Of a DNA stretch of 64,000 nt, positions 1 through 8,673 are shown one piece after another; positions within the stretch are counted from its first letter, which is position 1, and every line of letters starts with the position of its first letter. This DNA is from Nannocystales bacterium (GTDB lineage: Bacteria; Myxococcota_A; Polyangia; Nannocystales; Nannocystaceae): positions 64,001 to 128,000 of the forward strand of contig JBOEGF010000038.1 of NCBI GenBank assembly GCA_050633305.1. Reading direction: 5' to 3'. The position numbers and the translations under genes are program-made. The notes under the pieces were generated by a model. It was not told where the DNA came from. It saw only the letters and a list, made by a program, of their open reading frames with translations, and did no database searches.

Positions 1-27
1 GGGGGGTCCGACAGTGGGTCGGATTCG

Positions 28-74
28 TCGAGCTGCGGCTCGAGTTGCGGCTCGAGTTGTGGATCGAGTTGCGG
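28..74. repeat. Four tandem 12-bp units (TCGAGYTGYGGM); reads PQLDPQLEPQLEPQLDE on the minus strand, probably part of a gene running off the left edge
   Basis: tcgagctgcggc/tcgagttgcggc/tcgagttgtgga/tcgagttgcgg. Confidence 0.6.
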
Positions 75-258
75 GGGCTGCGGCGGGGATTGATGTCCCC
101 TCGTATTGTTCAGCGCCCCGGGGCAGGAACCCGTTGTTGTCACATCCGCTCCGACGGCGAGGGACCGTCCGCGGGTTCCACGCCATAGCGCACGATTTTT
201 TTCCCGTCTGCCGCAAGGATCTTAGGGGCTCGGCCCAATCCCCTCTCGAAGTCCTTCG

Positions 259-762
259 ATGACGCTCGCCGACCTCTACGAAGCCCAGCTCGACTGGGTC
301 ATCGCAACCCTGCGCCGGCTCGGCGTGCGGGATGCGGAGGTCGACGACGCTGCGCACGAGCTGTTTCTCGTCGTCCATCGCAAGCTCCACACCTTCGACA
401 CCACCCGGCCGCTTCGTCCGTGGCTGTTTGGCATCGCCTATCGCGTCGCAAGAGATCATCTTCGGCGCGGTTCGGCGCGGCTGAGGCTGGTGGAATCCGT
501 GGAGCTTGAACAGGGTGTGGACCTCGAGTCGCAGGCGGGGGCCCGGCACCAACTCGCGCGAGTCCAGCAGGCACTGGACACCCTGGACTACGAACGTCGC
601 GCCACATTCGTGATGTACGAGCTCGACGGGTTTTCTGTCCCTCAGATCTCCGAGGTCCTTGGGTGCCCGCCCAACACGCTCTACTCCCATCTGCGCAGAG
701 CCAGGAAGCTCGTGCATGCCCACCTTGCCTCGGCGGAAGAGAGCCAACATGAGCACGGATGA
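259..762 (+). CDS. ECF-family RNA polymerase sigma factor
   Basis: Region 2 (DDAAHELFL...RPWLFGIAYRVARD) and region 4 (ELDGFSVPQISEVLGCPPNTLYSHLRRAR); overlaps the downstream FecR gene. Confidence 0.9.
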   Translation: MTLADLYEAQLDWVIATLRRLGVRDAEVDDAAHELFLVVHRKLHTFDTTRPLRPWLFGIAYRVARDHLRRGSARLRLVESVELEQGVDLESQAGARHQLARVQQALDTLDYERRATFVMYELDGFSVPQISEVLGCPPNTLYSHLRRARKLVHAHLASAEESQHEHG

Positions 763-2119
763 ACTCGAGCCCATCGACCCCGCGCTCGCGCAAATGCTCA
801 ATCCCGCTCGCGAGGTCGAGCCTGTCGAGGATGCTCGCCGTCAACGGATCCGGCGCCGCCTGGAGGCCGAGGCCGGCGCTCTCGATACGCCGCCGTCGAG
901 GCCGCGTCGGTGGATCCTGGGGGTCGCGCTCGCGGCAGCTGCCGTCGCGACCTTGTTCCTGGCGAGTCGAAGCCTGAGAGCCACCGACACGGGAAGCGCT
1001 CAGAGCATCGCTGAGCGTCGCACGGTGAGGACCGGAGACCGGAGCGTCGCGGTGCTCGAACCAGGATCCGACATCACCTGGGCCGTCGACGCCAGCGGAG
1101 CCGCCGTCGACCAAGCTCGGGGCCGGGTCTTCTACCGAGTCGAACCGGGTGACCCGTTCGTCGTTCGCACGCCGACCGCTGATGTGCGGGTCACCGGCAC
1201 CAGTTTCGAAGTCGAGATCATCATGAACACGCAGAAGCAACGCCTCCGATCCATGTCTCTTGGTGCCGCACTGGCCACCGTCACAGTCGTCACCGTGTAC
1301 GAGGGCCGCGTCGTGCTTGCCAACGAGCATGGCAGCACCGAGGTCGACGCGGGACGCGTCGCGCATGCCGATGCAGCCCATGCTCCGTCCTCGACGCGTT
1401 CCCGCACTTCCGACAAAGTCGTCCTTGGACAGTCGAGCCGACGTGCGAAGGCCCAGCCTGTCGCCGACACTGTGTTGGTCTCCGATCTCCGGGCGCGGGT
1501 CCGGCAGTTGGAGGCCGAACTGGAAACCGCGCAGGCCTCGGCCGAGAACCACGATGATGGGATCAGCGCGGACGAGAACCGAGAGTTCCTGCAGAAGATG
1601 TACAACCCGACGCCGGAGCAGCTCCGCCAAGCTGCCGAGAACTGCGAACTCTCGTTCGGCGTGCCTGCGACGCTCCCATCGGGGGAATACGTCACCGACG
1701 CCAAGGTCGAGAAGCTCGGCCTGACGTCGCAGGAAACGGCTGCGATGAGTCAGGCTCTCGACGCCGCGAGCGAGCGGGGCAGAGACCGACTCCAAGCGAT
1801 CTACATTGACGCGACCGGCGACGAGGAGGGGGCCGCTGGGCTCTCCGTGGGTGCAATGCAGGCCGAGATCCTCAACAAAGCCGTACCCAGCGACCTCATC
1901 GAATCCAGGCAGCTCATCGCCAAAGAGCGCGCGGGCATGTTGGATGCACCAGCCGCCGGCGAAGGCAGCCCTGTCGAACGCTACTACCGCAACGAGCTCC
2001 AGCGGGCAGCCGACGCATACACGGCGGTGTCCGATGCGGTGGGAGAAGATCGTGTGTACGACGTCCTGAGCGGGCTTCGGATGAGCATGGCCAACTACAG
2101 CGACTGTCGCGAGGAGTAG
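749..2119 (+). CDS. FecR-domain anti-sigma / membrane protein
   Basis: N-terminal domain, TM helix (WILGVALAAAAVATLFLA), FecR motifs (GRVFYRV, FVVRTPTADVRVTGTSFEV, VTVYEGRV), coiled coil; ATG at 749 overlaps the sigma gene 3' end. Confidence 0.8.
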   Translation: MSTDELEPIDPALAQMLNPAREVEPVEDARRQRIRRRLEAEAGALDTPPSRPRRWILGVALAAAAVATLFLASRSLRATDTGSAQSIAERRTVRTGDRSVAVLEPGSDITWAVDASGAAVDQARGRVFYRVEPGDPFVVRTPTADVRVTGTSFEVEIIMNTQKQRLRSMSLGAALATVTVVTVYEGRVVLANEHGSTEVDAGRVAHADAAHAPSSTRSRTSDKVVLGQSSRRAKAQPVADTVLVSDLRARVRQLEAELETAQASAENHDDGISADENREFLQKMYNPTPEQLRQAAENCELSFGVPATLPSGEYVTDAKVEKLGLTSQETAAMSQALDAASERGRDRLQAIYIDATGDEEGAAGLSVGAMQAEILNKAVPSDLIESRQLIAKERAGMLDAPAAGEGSPVERYYRNELQRAADAYTAVSDAVGEDRVYDVLSGLRMSMANYSDCREE

Positions 2120-2229
2120 TTCCCAGCCGCAATCGACCTGCGGGTACGTCAAGCGCCGCATCGGGAGCAGCGTTTTTGTCCCGTTCCGTGGAGTCGTAGG
2201 TGTGGAAGTCGCCAAACCCCGCGTCGTCC

Positions 2230-3030
2230 TCAAGCCCCCGATACGGCCGCGAGTACCTGCTCGAGCGCGTGCTCGGGAACCGTGGCTTGGCGATCGCGTC
2301 GGTAGTAGGCGGCCAAGCTCGCCGCGCCGTCGAGGGTCTTGGTCAGCGCGGCAACCGAGACCTGCATCGCGTCGTCGGGGTGCAGCCGTCCCAACGCTCG
2401 GGCACGGGGCAGACGTCTGCTGCAGCGACAGGCAGCGTCGGCGTTGGCGACACCGCAGTTCGTATTCAGATGGTCCCGAACCCGGGCTCGGGCGCGACTG
2501 AGACGTTTGCGGAACGTCGGGCCGGGGACGTCGCAGACGACCGCAGCATCGCTGGGTTCGAATCCCATGATCTCGACCAAGACGTAGGCCACGCGATGGT
2601 CGCCGTCGAGACACTGCAGCAACGCTCGGCCGCACCCGACCTTGACCTGCTGCAGATACACGCGGTCCTCGGGGCGGGGGGCCGATGCATCCTCCATGCC
2701 CTTGCCGAGGTCCTCGGCGAACGCGTCGAAGGAGAGTCGCGCCTGGCGGGCCACCCCGCGGCGGAAGTCGAGGAACGAACGCACGGCCAGGGTCCATGCC
2801 CACGTCGAGAACTTGGACTCGGCGCGGTAGGTAGACAGCCGAGTCACGATACGGAGCAGACACTCCTGTAGTGCATCGGCAGCGTCGTCACGGTTGCCGA
2901 GCATCCGAAGGGCGAGGCCGTGCAGCCCCGGCTGGAGGGTGCTCAACAGGGTCCGCATGGACGCGGTGTCTCCATCGACGGCTTGCGCGACGAGGGCGTG
3001 GGTGACCGCGGAGAAGTCAGGCGGGGACAC
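2230..3030 (-). CDS. ECF sigma factor with Cys-containing C-terminal extension
   Basis: LALRMLGNRDDAADALQE, FSTWAWTLA, TFRKRLSRAR, C-terminal CGVANADAACRC; GTG start after GGAG. Confidence 0.88.
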   Translation of the reverse strand: MSPPDFSAVTHALVAQAVDGDTASMRTLLSTLQPGLHGLALRMLGNRDDAADALQECLLRIVTRLSTYRAESKFSTWAWTLAVRSFLDFRRGVARQARLSFDAFAEDLGKGMEDASAPRPEDRVYLQQVKVGCGRALLQCLDGDHRVAYVLVEIMGFEPSDAAVVCDVPGPTFRKRLSRARARVRDHLNTNCGVANADAACRCSRRLPRARALGRLHPDDAMQVSVAALTKTLDGAASLAAYYRRDRQATVPEHALEQVLAAVSGA

Positions 3031-3433
3031 GTTGCGCTCCGAGAACCGTGTGACACGCCCACGCGGCGAAGGCGACAGCGAGGGCGTCTGCGACCCCGGA
3101 TACGAGCATGGCGAGCGCATCGAGACGAGACCACCCAGCCGTCACGAGATGGTCGCCAACGAAGACGACGAGACCGAGCACGAGGCCTCGGCGGACCGCG
3201 ATCGCCACGCCGGCGGGAGGGGCAATGCGTTGCAGCCACACGAGGCCCGCCGCGACCACCGCGTAGCCAGCAAGCAGCGCGGGCATGAGCAGGCCGTCGG
3301 TGTTCGGATCCCGGATGTGCGCCCCGAATCTGGGCGCAATGAAGGGGCCCATCGCCATCGCGACAAGGGTACCGACGACGAGACAGGCGACAAAACCCGC
3401 GAGCACAGCCAGGAGAACGCGTTTGTGGAGCAT
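3017..3433 (-). CDS. Small integral membrane protein (about 4 TM)
   Basis: Hydrophobic stretches from MLHKRVLLAVLAGF; overlaps the sigma gene start. Confidence 0.7.
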   Translation of the reverse strand: MLHKRVLLAVLAGFVACLVVGTLVAMAMGPFIAPRFGAHIRDPNTDGLLMPALLAGYAVVAAGLVWLQRIAPPAGVAIAVRRGLVLGLVVFVGDHLVTAGWSRLDALAMLVSGVADALAVAFAAWACHTVLGAQRVPA

Positions 3434-3437
3434 GTCT

Positions 3438-3512
3438 GATGAGACGTCCGGACCCACGCCGGCGTGACCGGAAAAAACGCGGTCACGTCGGGAACAGACA
3501 GATCGTCTCATC
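3438..3512. promoter_or_regulatory. Back-to-back ECF-type promoters, CGGTCAC-N17-CGTCTCATC on each strand
   Basis: Plus: cggtcac 3480-3486 and cgtctcatc 3504-3512. Minus: complements at 3464-3470 and 3438-3446. Each lies 4 nt before an ATG. Confidence 0.75.
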
Positions 3513-3516
3513 GACC

Positions 3517-3822
3517 ATGACGACATTCACCGAAATCATCGCGTACCGCATCGACCCGGCGAAGCTCGGCGACTTCGAGGCGATCAAACAGACCTTGATC
3601 CGTGAGGCGGGGACGATCCCCGGGCTGCTCTCCTCCACCACAAGCGTGTCGGCAGGCGACGAGGCGCTGTTCGTCGACACGATGGTCTGGAGCAGCCCGG
3701 AGGCCGCCCGAGAGGGCCGTTCCGCGTTCGAGGCTCTTCCCACGACTCCGGAGTTCCTCGGCATGATGGTGGGGCCGCCCGAGTTCGCAGGTCTGTTCCG
3801 GCACGGTCGGTCACCGTCCTAG
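3517..3822 (+). CDS. ABM-like dimeric alpha-beta barrel protein
   Basis: MTTFTEIIAYRID...IPGLLSS...FVDTMVWSSPEAA pattern, 101 aa. Confidence 0.7.
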   Translation: MTTFTEIIAYRIDPAKLGDFEAIKQTLIREAGTIPGLLSSTTSVSAGDEALFVDTMVWSSPEAAREGRSAFEALPTTPEFLGMMVGPPEFAGLFRHGRSPS

Positions 3823-3850
3823 GTGCTGTTCGCTACGGCGACATCCGAGT

Positions 3851-5851
3851 TCACGCCGACTGGGCTGTGCCCACGGTGTTGGCTGCGGACTGCTCCGACT
3901 GCAGAGGCAGGGCAAGGACGAACCGCGTGAACTGGCCAAGCTCGGTATCGATGTGAATGGTGCCCCCGAGTGAGGTGACCAGTTCGAGGACGGCGGATGT
4001 TCCAACGCCGCGCCCCGAGAGTTCGCTGACCTCGTCGCGGGAGGTCACCCCGTCCGAGAACAGCCAAGCGACCCGTTCTGTGTCGGTGGTCAGGGTTCGG
4101 CCTTGCTCTCGTGCCTTGGCCTCGAGTTTGCCCCAGTCGATGCCTGCACCGTCGTCACGAACCTCGAGCTGGACGGTCTGCGCAACACGCTCGGCGAGGA
4201 GGGTGAGCTTGCCTGGCCCGGACTTCCCTGCCGCACCACGGTCCTGTTCGAGTCCATGGTCGACGGCGTTGCGCACCAGGTGGACCATCGACGTCCACAG
4301 CTCTCGCCAAGCTTGGGTTGGGGGCGTTCGGACGCCCTCGCTCTCGACGGAAACCTCGATCGACTTGTCCAACTGCTGCGCGAGACGCTTGGCCTGGTCG
4401 CCAAGGTGGCCCATCCGATTCCCCGCATCGTCCCAGGTCCACGACTCCATCTTGGCCGCCACCTGGTCGCGTGATTCCCCGGACACCACGAGGTGAATCG
4501 TGTTGTCGAGTTCGGCGGCGGGAACGCGGATGGTGTTCTCCTCCTCTGTACCAACGATCTCCGAGATGCGGCTCTCGATGCGGGTCCACTGCTCGTCGAG
4601 CTCCGCTCGCTCGGCAGCGTTGGGCTCACGCCGTTCGTCCTCGACACGCGTTTCCAGGACGTGAAGCGAGCGAGCAAGACGTCCCAGTCCCATGACGGCC
4701 GAGTTGCCCTTGAGCGTGTGGATCCAGCGGCGCTCCTGCACCGCGGTGCCTTCGCGAGACTGCAGAGCGTCGACGATTCGTCGAGCATCGGCCGCAAAGT
4801 CTTGCACCTGCTGTCGACTGCGACCGATGCGAGCGAGGATGTTGACGAGCTCTTCTTGTTCGCGGCGTTCTTCCTCGGCCTGCATCTGCGCCGTGACGTC
4901 GGTCGCCACGAACATGACCTCGCCGTCGTCGCCAGCGGGGCTCCACTGGAGCTGGAGCACTTGGCCGTCGGTCTCGAGACGAGTCGGGAGCTGGTCGAGG
5001 GCGACCTCGACCGGCAGCCAACCTGAGGTGACCTGATCCCATCCAACCTCGACCATGTCGGCGAGTCGATTGTCCTGAGTCCGTAGGACGTCCCAGACGT
5101 TCGCGTCGTCCGCCGGGGCTCCAAACCATCGTTCCAGAGCTGCCGACCGAGCGGGCTGTAGAGAACCGTCGCCTCGAACGAGGACCAAGCCTTCGCCGAC
5201 GTTGTCCAGCACGGCGCGGGCGTGTTTGTGAGCGCGGGTCGCTTCATCTCGGGCCTCGCAGAGCTTCTCCATCGCCTCTTCGCGGGACAGTTCGTAGCTC
5301 CACACGAAGGAGAACGCGCAGGCGATGAGTCCGGCGGGCGCGGCGTAGTCGAAGAGAGAACGGAAGGCGACAGGCATCCCGTTAGGCGTCTCGTACCCGG
5401 TGAGATGGAGTCCATACAGCACAGTCATCCAGGTCAGGGTGACGCCTGCCCAGACGAGCCCAGTGCGTCGACCGTTGAGCAGCGCCCCGAGCATCGGGAC
5501 GACGAGGAACCACGCGATCGCGACCGATTGAAGCCCGCCGGTCGCCCACGTGACGCCGAACAGGGCGATGAACGCGGCGCCCGCCAGAGCATGTGCAGCG
5601 GCAGGCACGTTCGGTCGGTACTTGAAACCGAGCGCGATGCCGATCGCGAGCGCGATGGTGAGCCCCACCGCGACGACCGGTAGCCACATTTGCATGATCA
5701 CGTACAGAATCTCGTACGTCATCGCGGCACCGGCCACGATCAACGACAGGAGCACCACGAGCCGACCCGAGCGGGCTTCATCGGGAGTCCCATCTCGCAG
5801 CGGATTGAGTTGTTGGAACCAGCTTTCGGAATCGGTATCGGGGGTCGACAT
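3851..5851 (-). CDS. Membrane-bound CheA-type histidine kinase (TM bundle, PAS-like, Hpt, HATPase)
   Basis: About 6 TM helices; AVLDNVGEGL; Hpt IHTLKG; HLVRNAVDHG, DDGAG and SGRGVG boxes. Confidence 0.85.
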   Translation of the reverse strand: MSTPDTDSESWFQQLNPLRDGTPDEARSGRLVVLLSLIVAGAAMTYEILYVIMQMWLPVVAVGLTIALAIGIALGFKYRPNVPAAAHALAGAAFIALFGVTWATGGLQSVAIAWFLVVPMLGALLNGRRTGLVWAGVTLTWMTVLYGLHLTGYETPNGMPVAFRSLFDYAAPAGLIACAFSFVWSYELSREEAMEKLCEARDEATRAHKHARAVLDNVGEGLVLVRGDGSLQPARSAALERWFGAPADDANVWDVLRTQDNRLADMVEVGWDQVTSGWLPVEVALDQLPTRLETDGQVLQLQWSPAGDDGEVMFVATDVTAQMQAEEERREQEELVNILARIGRSRQQVQDFAADARRIVDALQSREGTAVQERRWIHTLKGNSAVMGLGRLARSLHVLETRVEDERREPNAAERAELDEQWTRIESRISEIVGTEEENTIRVPAAELDNTIHLVVSGESRDQVAAKMESWTWDDAGNRMGHLGDQAKRLAQQLDKSIEVSVESEGVRTPPTQAWRELWTSMVHLVRNAVDHGLEQDRGAAGKSGPGKLTLLAERVAQTVQLEVRDDGAGIDWGKLEAKAREQGRTLTTDTERVAWLFSDGVTSRDEVSELSGRGVGTSAVLELVTSLGGTIHIDTELGQFTRFVLALPLQSEQSAANTVGTAQSA

Positions 5852-6081
5852 GTCCGGAATTCCCAGGTTGCATCGCACCGGGAGCGGGCCCGCTTGAGCC
5901 CCTATGGGGGCCGCACGGCACAAACACGAACACAAGGCTGCGGACGCAACCCGCGCGGGAAGCGCTGGGGCCGCTCCGTGGCAGTTGCCGTCTGGGAGGT
6001 CGATCTTGGACCGTTGGCGCCATCTGAAAAGAATCTTCTCCCAGACCCGAGTGAACGCGGCGCGGTCGACACTATAGGAGC

Positions 6082-7317
6082 ATGGATGGCTTTACGAACA
6101 TGAAGGCAGTGTTGATCCCTGCGGTGGCGTGCGTGGTGGCATGCGGCCCGAGCAGCGCAGACGAGACGGATTCGGGCGACGCCAGCACCACCGCTGGAGC
6201 GGAGACCAGTTCCACGACCGATACGACTCCTCCGCCGGGCACGAGCAGCTCGTCGTCGGGCGATGGAACATCGAGCGGAAGCTCGTCGGGAAGTTCTTCG
6301 GGTAGCTCTTCGGGTAGCGACTCCTCGGGCAGCGACTCTTCATCCACCGGAGAGCCGCCGCTTCCGAATCCATGCGGGGAGCCGGGCGACCTGACTGAGC
6401 TTTGGCGCGTGGCGGATGGGGACCGCGAGCGGGGCGAGTCCGTATCGGTCTCTGGTGAGCAAGTCGTGTGGGTCGCCACTGGATTCGGCGGGAGCACGCA
6501 GATCCGCGCTCACGATCTCGAGGGGGTGGAGTTGTGGTCTGCCGAGACATCGACGGATCTGGGAGAAGGGGGGCTCCGACTCCACAGTGTTGCTGCCGGA
6601 CCACTCACGGTCTTCGCGGGGACGGAGGACTACTCCACCGCCCGAATGATGGGACTCGATGGGAAGGGGGAGGTGGTCTTCGAGCATGTCTTCAAGGAAA
6701 TCGAACATGCCGGCGGAGTCGCGATCGGAAGCGACGGCAGCCTCCTGTTCGCAGGCAGCGACCAGGACCTGCGCTTCCGAACCTTCGACGAGCAAGGGCT
6801 GCAACTCTTCTCAGACTCGTATGACCACGGGGGCGACGAGTTCGTGGCGGATGCGACGCCAGACCCCGATGGCGGCTACTTTCTCGCGGCGCACAGCAAC
6901 AACAACGGGACGCCCCTGTTGGTCCGGCTGAGCTCTGATGGCGCCGTGGAGTGGGTCGCCCCGGTCGCGGGTCGGGAGGGCGCACAAGGTGTCGCTGCGG
7001 ATGGGGCGGGAGGCGCGTGGCTTGCGTTGGACACCGAGCTTGGGAACGGAGGGGCGCTCGACCACTATGACGCCGACGGGAACGTCATCGACACGATCGA
7101 ACTCGGTTTCTTCGCTCAACAAGTCGCGATCGGGCCCAGTGGCGATCTTGCGGTGTTGGGACGAGACCGCGTACAGCGTCGCAGCCTCGACGGTGACGTG
7201 ATCGCCTCCGCCGTGATCGAAGGCTATTGGGGACTGGACATGGAGATCGACGCTGCCTGCGACGTCTATGTCTCGGGCAGCGATGAAACCGGAGCATTCC
7301 TGGTCAAGCTCGACTGA
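6082..7317 (+). CDS. Lipoprotein with Ser/Thr/Gly linker and beta-propeller
   Basis: GGAG RBS; lipobox VVAC; poly-Ser linker; repeated GVA.D..G blades. Confidence 0.75.
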   Translation: MDGFTNMKAVLIPAVACVVACGPSSADETDSGDASTTAGAETSSTTDTTPPPGTSSSSSGDGTSSGSSSGSSSGSSSGSDSSGSDSSSTGEPPLPNPCGEPGDLTELWRVADGDRERGESVSVSGEQVVWVATGFGGSTQIRAHDLEGVELWSAETSTDLGEGGLRLHSVAAGPLTVFAGTEDYSTARMMGLDGKGEVVFEHVFKEIEHAGGVAIGSDGSLLFAGSDQDLRFRTFDEQGLQLFSDSYDHGGDEFVADATPDPDGGYFLAAHSNNNGTPLLVRLSSDGAVEWVAPVAGREGAQGVAADGAGGAWLALDTELGNGGALDHYDADGNVIDTIELGFFAQQVAIGPSGDLAVLGRDRVQRRSLDGDVIASAVIEGYWGLDMEIDAACDVYVSGSDETGAFLVKLD

Positions 7318-7362
7318 GTTCAAGCGTCCGCTCGACGCCCGGTTCGAACGCGGTCTGCGACG

Positions 7363-8673
7363 CTACAGCCCGTCGAGTCCGCCCGGCCCGGTGCCGTCGT
7401 AGCCGAACGTGTCGATGTCCACACCCATCATCTTCGAGATGCTGACCAGCAGCTTGGTGTGGGCTTCGTTCTCTCCACCCGCAGTCCCTCGATAATCGAG
7501 GCTGCGCCCGGTCTCCAGCTGCCCGCAAGCTCCGCCTGCCAGGACGAAGGGCATGTCGGAGTGATCGTGCAGGTTGCCGTCGTTGATCTCCGTGCACAGG
7601 AAGACGATGGAGTTGTCGAGCAGGCTTCCACCCGTGTCGGGGATGCTTCGCATGCGCTCCAGCAAGTACGTGAACTGCTCCATGAACCACCGCCGATGCG
7701 CGATGAAGTCGTTCGCGATCTCACCTGCGATGTCCGAGCCGTAGTGCGAAGCGTCGTGGTTGGCTCGCGTCGCGCCCGTCTCCGGAATCCGCGTGGGGCT
7801 GACCGCGTGGGACCAACTCAGCGTTCCCACCCGGGTCACGCCACAGCCGAGCGCCAAGGTCAGCTGGTCCATCTGGAGTTTGCCGATCAGTCCGAAGTTG
7901 TCCTCGCGGTGGTAGGTGGTGGGGTAGTTGTCGGCGTCGCTGTTGGCGTAGCCCTCTTCGTTCCAGACCACCTTGTCGCACGACGCGGTGATCTGGCCCG
8001 TGACGCGTTGCTCGACCTCCCGCAGCGCGTCGAGGTGCACATCCAGTTTCTCGCGCTCGGCGGATCCCAAGACCGACTGCAGGCGGTCGATGTCGTCCAT
8101 CGCGCTGTCCAGCACACTTCCCGCACGGAGCTGCTCGAGCGTGGGTCCTTTGCCTCCGCCGCCCTTGGCTGGGGTCAATCCGGAGAAGAGCCGGTCGAAC
8201 GCGTTGATCGGGTCGTCGTCGGGAGAGATGGGACTGCCGCTGATGTACGAGATCAGCTTGTCGCCGCCGCCTTGGAACGTGCTGCCAACGCCCAGTTGCA
8301 CCGAGCGGTGCGCCAGCCCGCCACCGGTCTCCTCCCCCAGGAAAACGTCGAGCGAGACGTCCGAGTCACCCGTGAGCACTTTGGCGACGCCGCCTTCGTG
8401 TGTTGCACCTCCGGCGTACATGTCGAGCCCGCGGACGAACACGAGGTCGTCCACAACCGGTGCCAACGGCTCCGACATCGACGGGAGCACCAGGTTTCCA
8501 CCGGAGCCCGTCGGGTGCCACAGCGAAGGGATGACCCCGTCTGGCACGTAGACGAACAGCGCCTTGACGTCGGAAGGCGCCGCGGCAGCGTTGCGTCCGA
8601 ACATCGTGCCAAGCGGCGTTGCGACCCCCGCGGAGGCGAGGAGTTGAAGCATGCGACGACGAGAGCGGTTCAT
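7363..8673 (-). CDS. DUF1552 domain protein with Tat signal
   Basis: MNRSRRRMLQ; LFVYVPDG; LDVHLDALREVE; GSLLDNSIV; H.H.DMPFVLAGG. Confidence 0.88.
   Translation of the reverse strand: MNRSRRRMLQLLASAGVATPLGTMFGRNAAAAPSDVKALFVYVPDGVIPSLWHPTGSGGNLVLPSMSEPLAPVVDDLVFVRGLDMYAGGATHEGGVAKVLTGDSDVSLDVFLGEETGGGLAHRSVQLGVGSTFQGGGDKLISYISGSPISPDDDPINAFDRLFSGLTPAKGGGGKGPTLEQLRAGSVLDSAMDDIDRLQSVLGSAEREKLDVHLDALREVEQRVTGQITASCDKVVWNEEGYANSDADNYPTTYHREDNFGLIGKLQMDQLTLALGCGVTRVGTLSWSHAVSPTRIPETGATRANHDASHYGSDIAGEIANDFIAHRRWFMEQFTYLLERMRSIPDTGGSLLDNSIVFLCTEINDGNLHDHSDMPFVLAGGACGQLETGRSLDYRGTAGGENEAHTKLLVSISKMMGVDIDTFGYDGTGPGGLDGL

Noticed and set aside
28..74. Short tandem repeat as a possible CRISPR array
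   Set aside because: 12-bp units without spacers, consistent with a coding repeat; no cas genes.
299..2863. 854-aa minus-strand ORF and other long Arg/Pro-rich ORFs such as 19970-21739 and 25515-27239
   Set aside because: Antisense or off-frame shadows of well-supported genes in high-GC DNA, with no motifs.
6241..6345. Ser/Gly-rich low-complexity repeats
   Set aside because: Ordinary linker of a myxobacterial lipoprotein.
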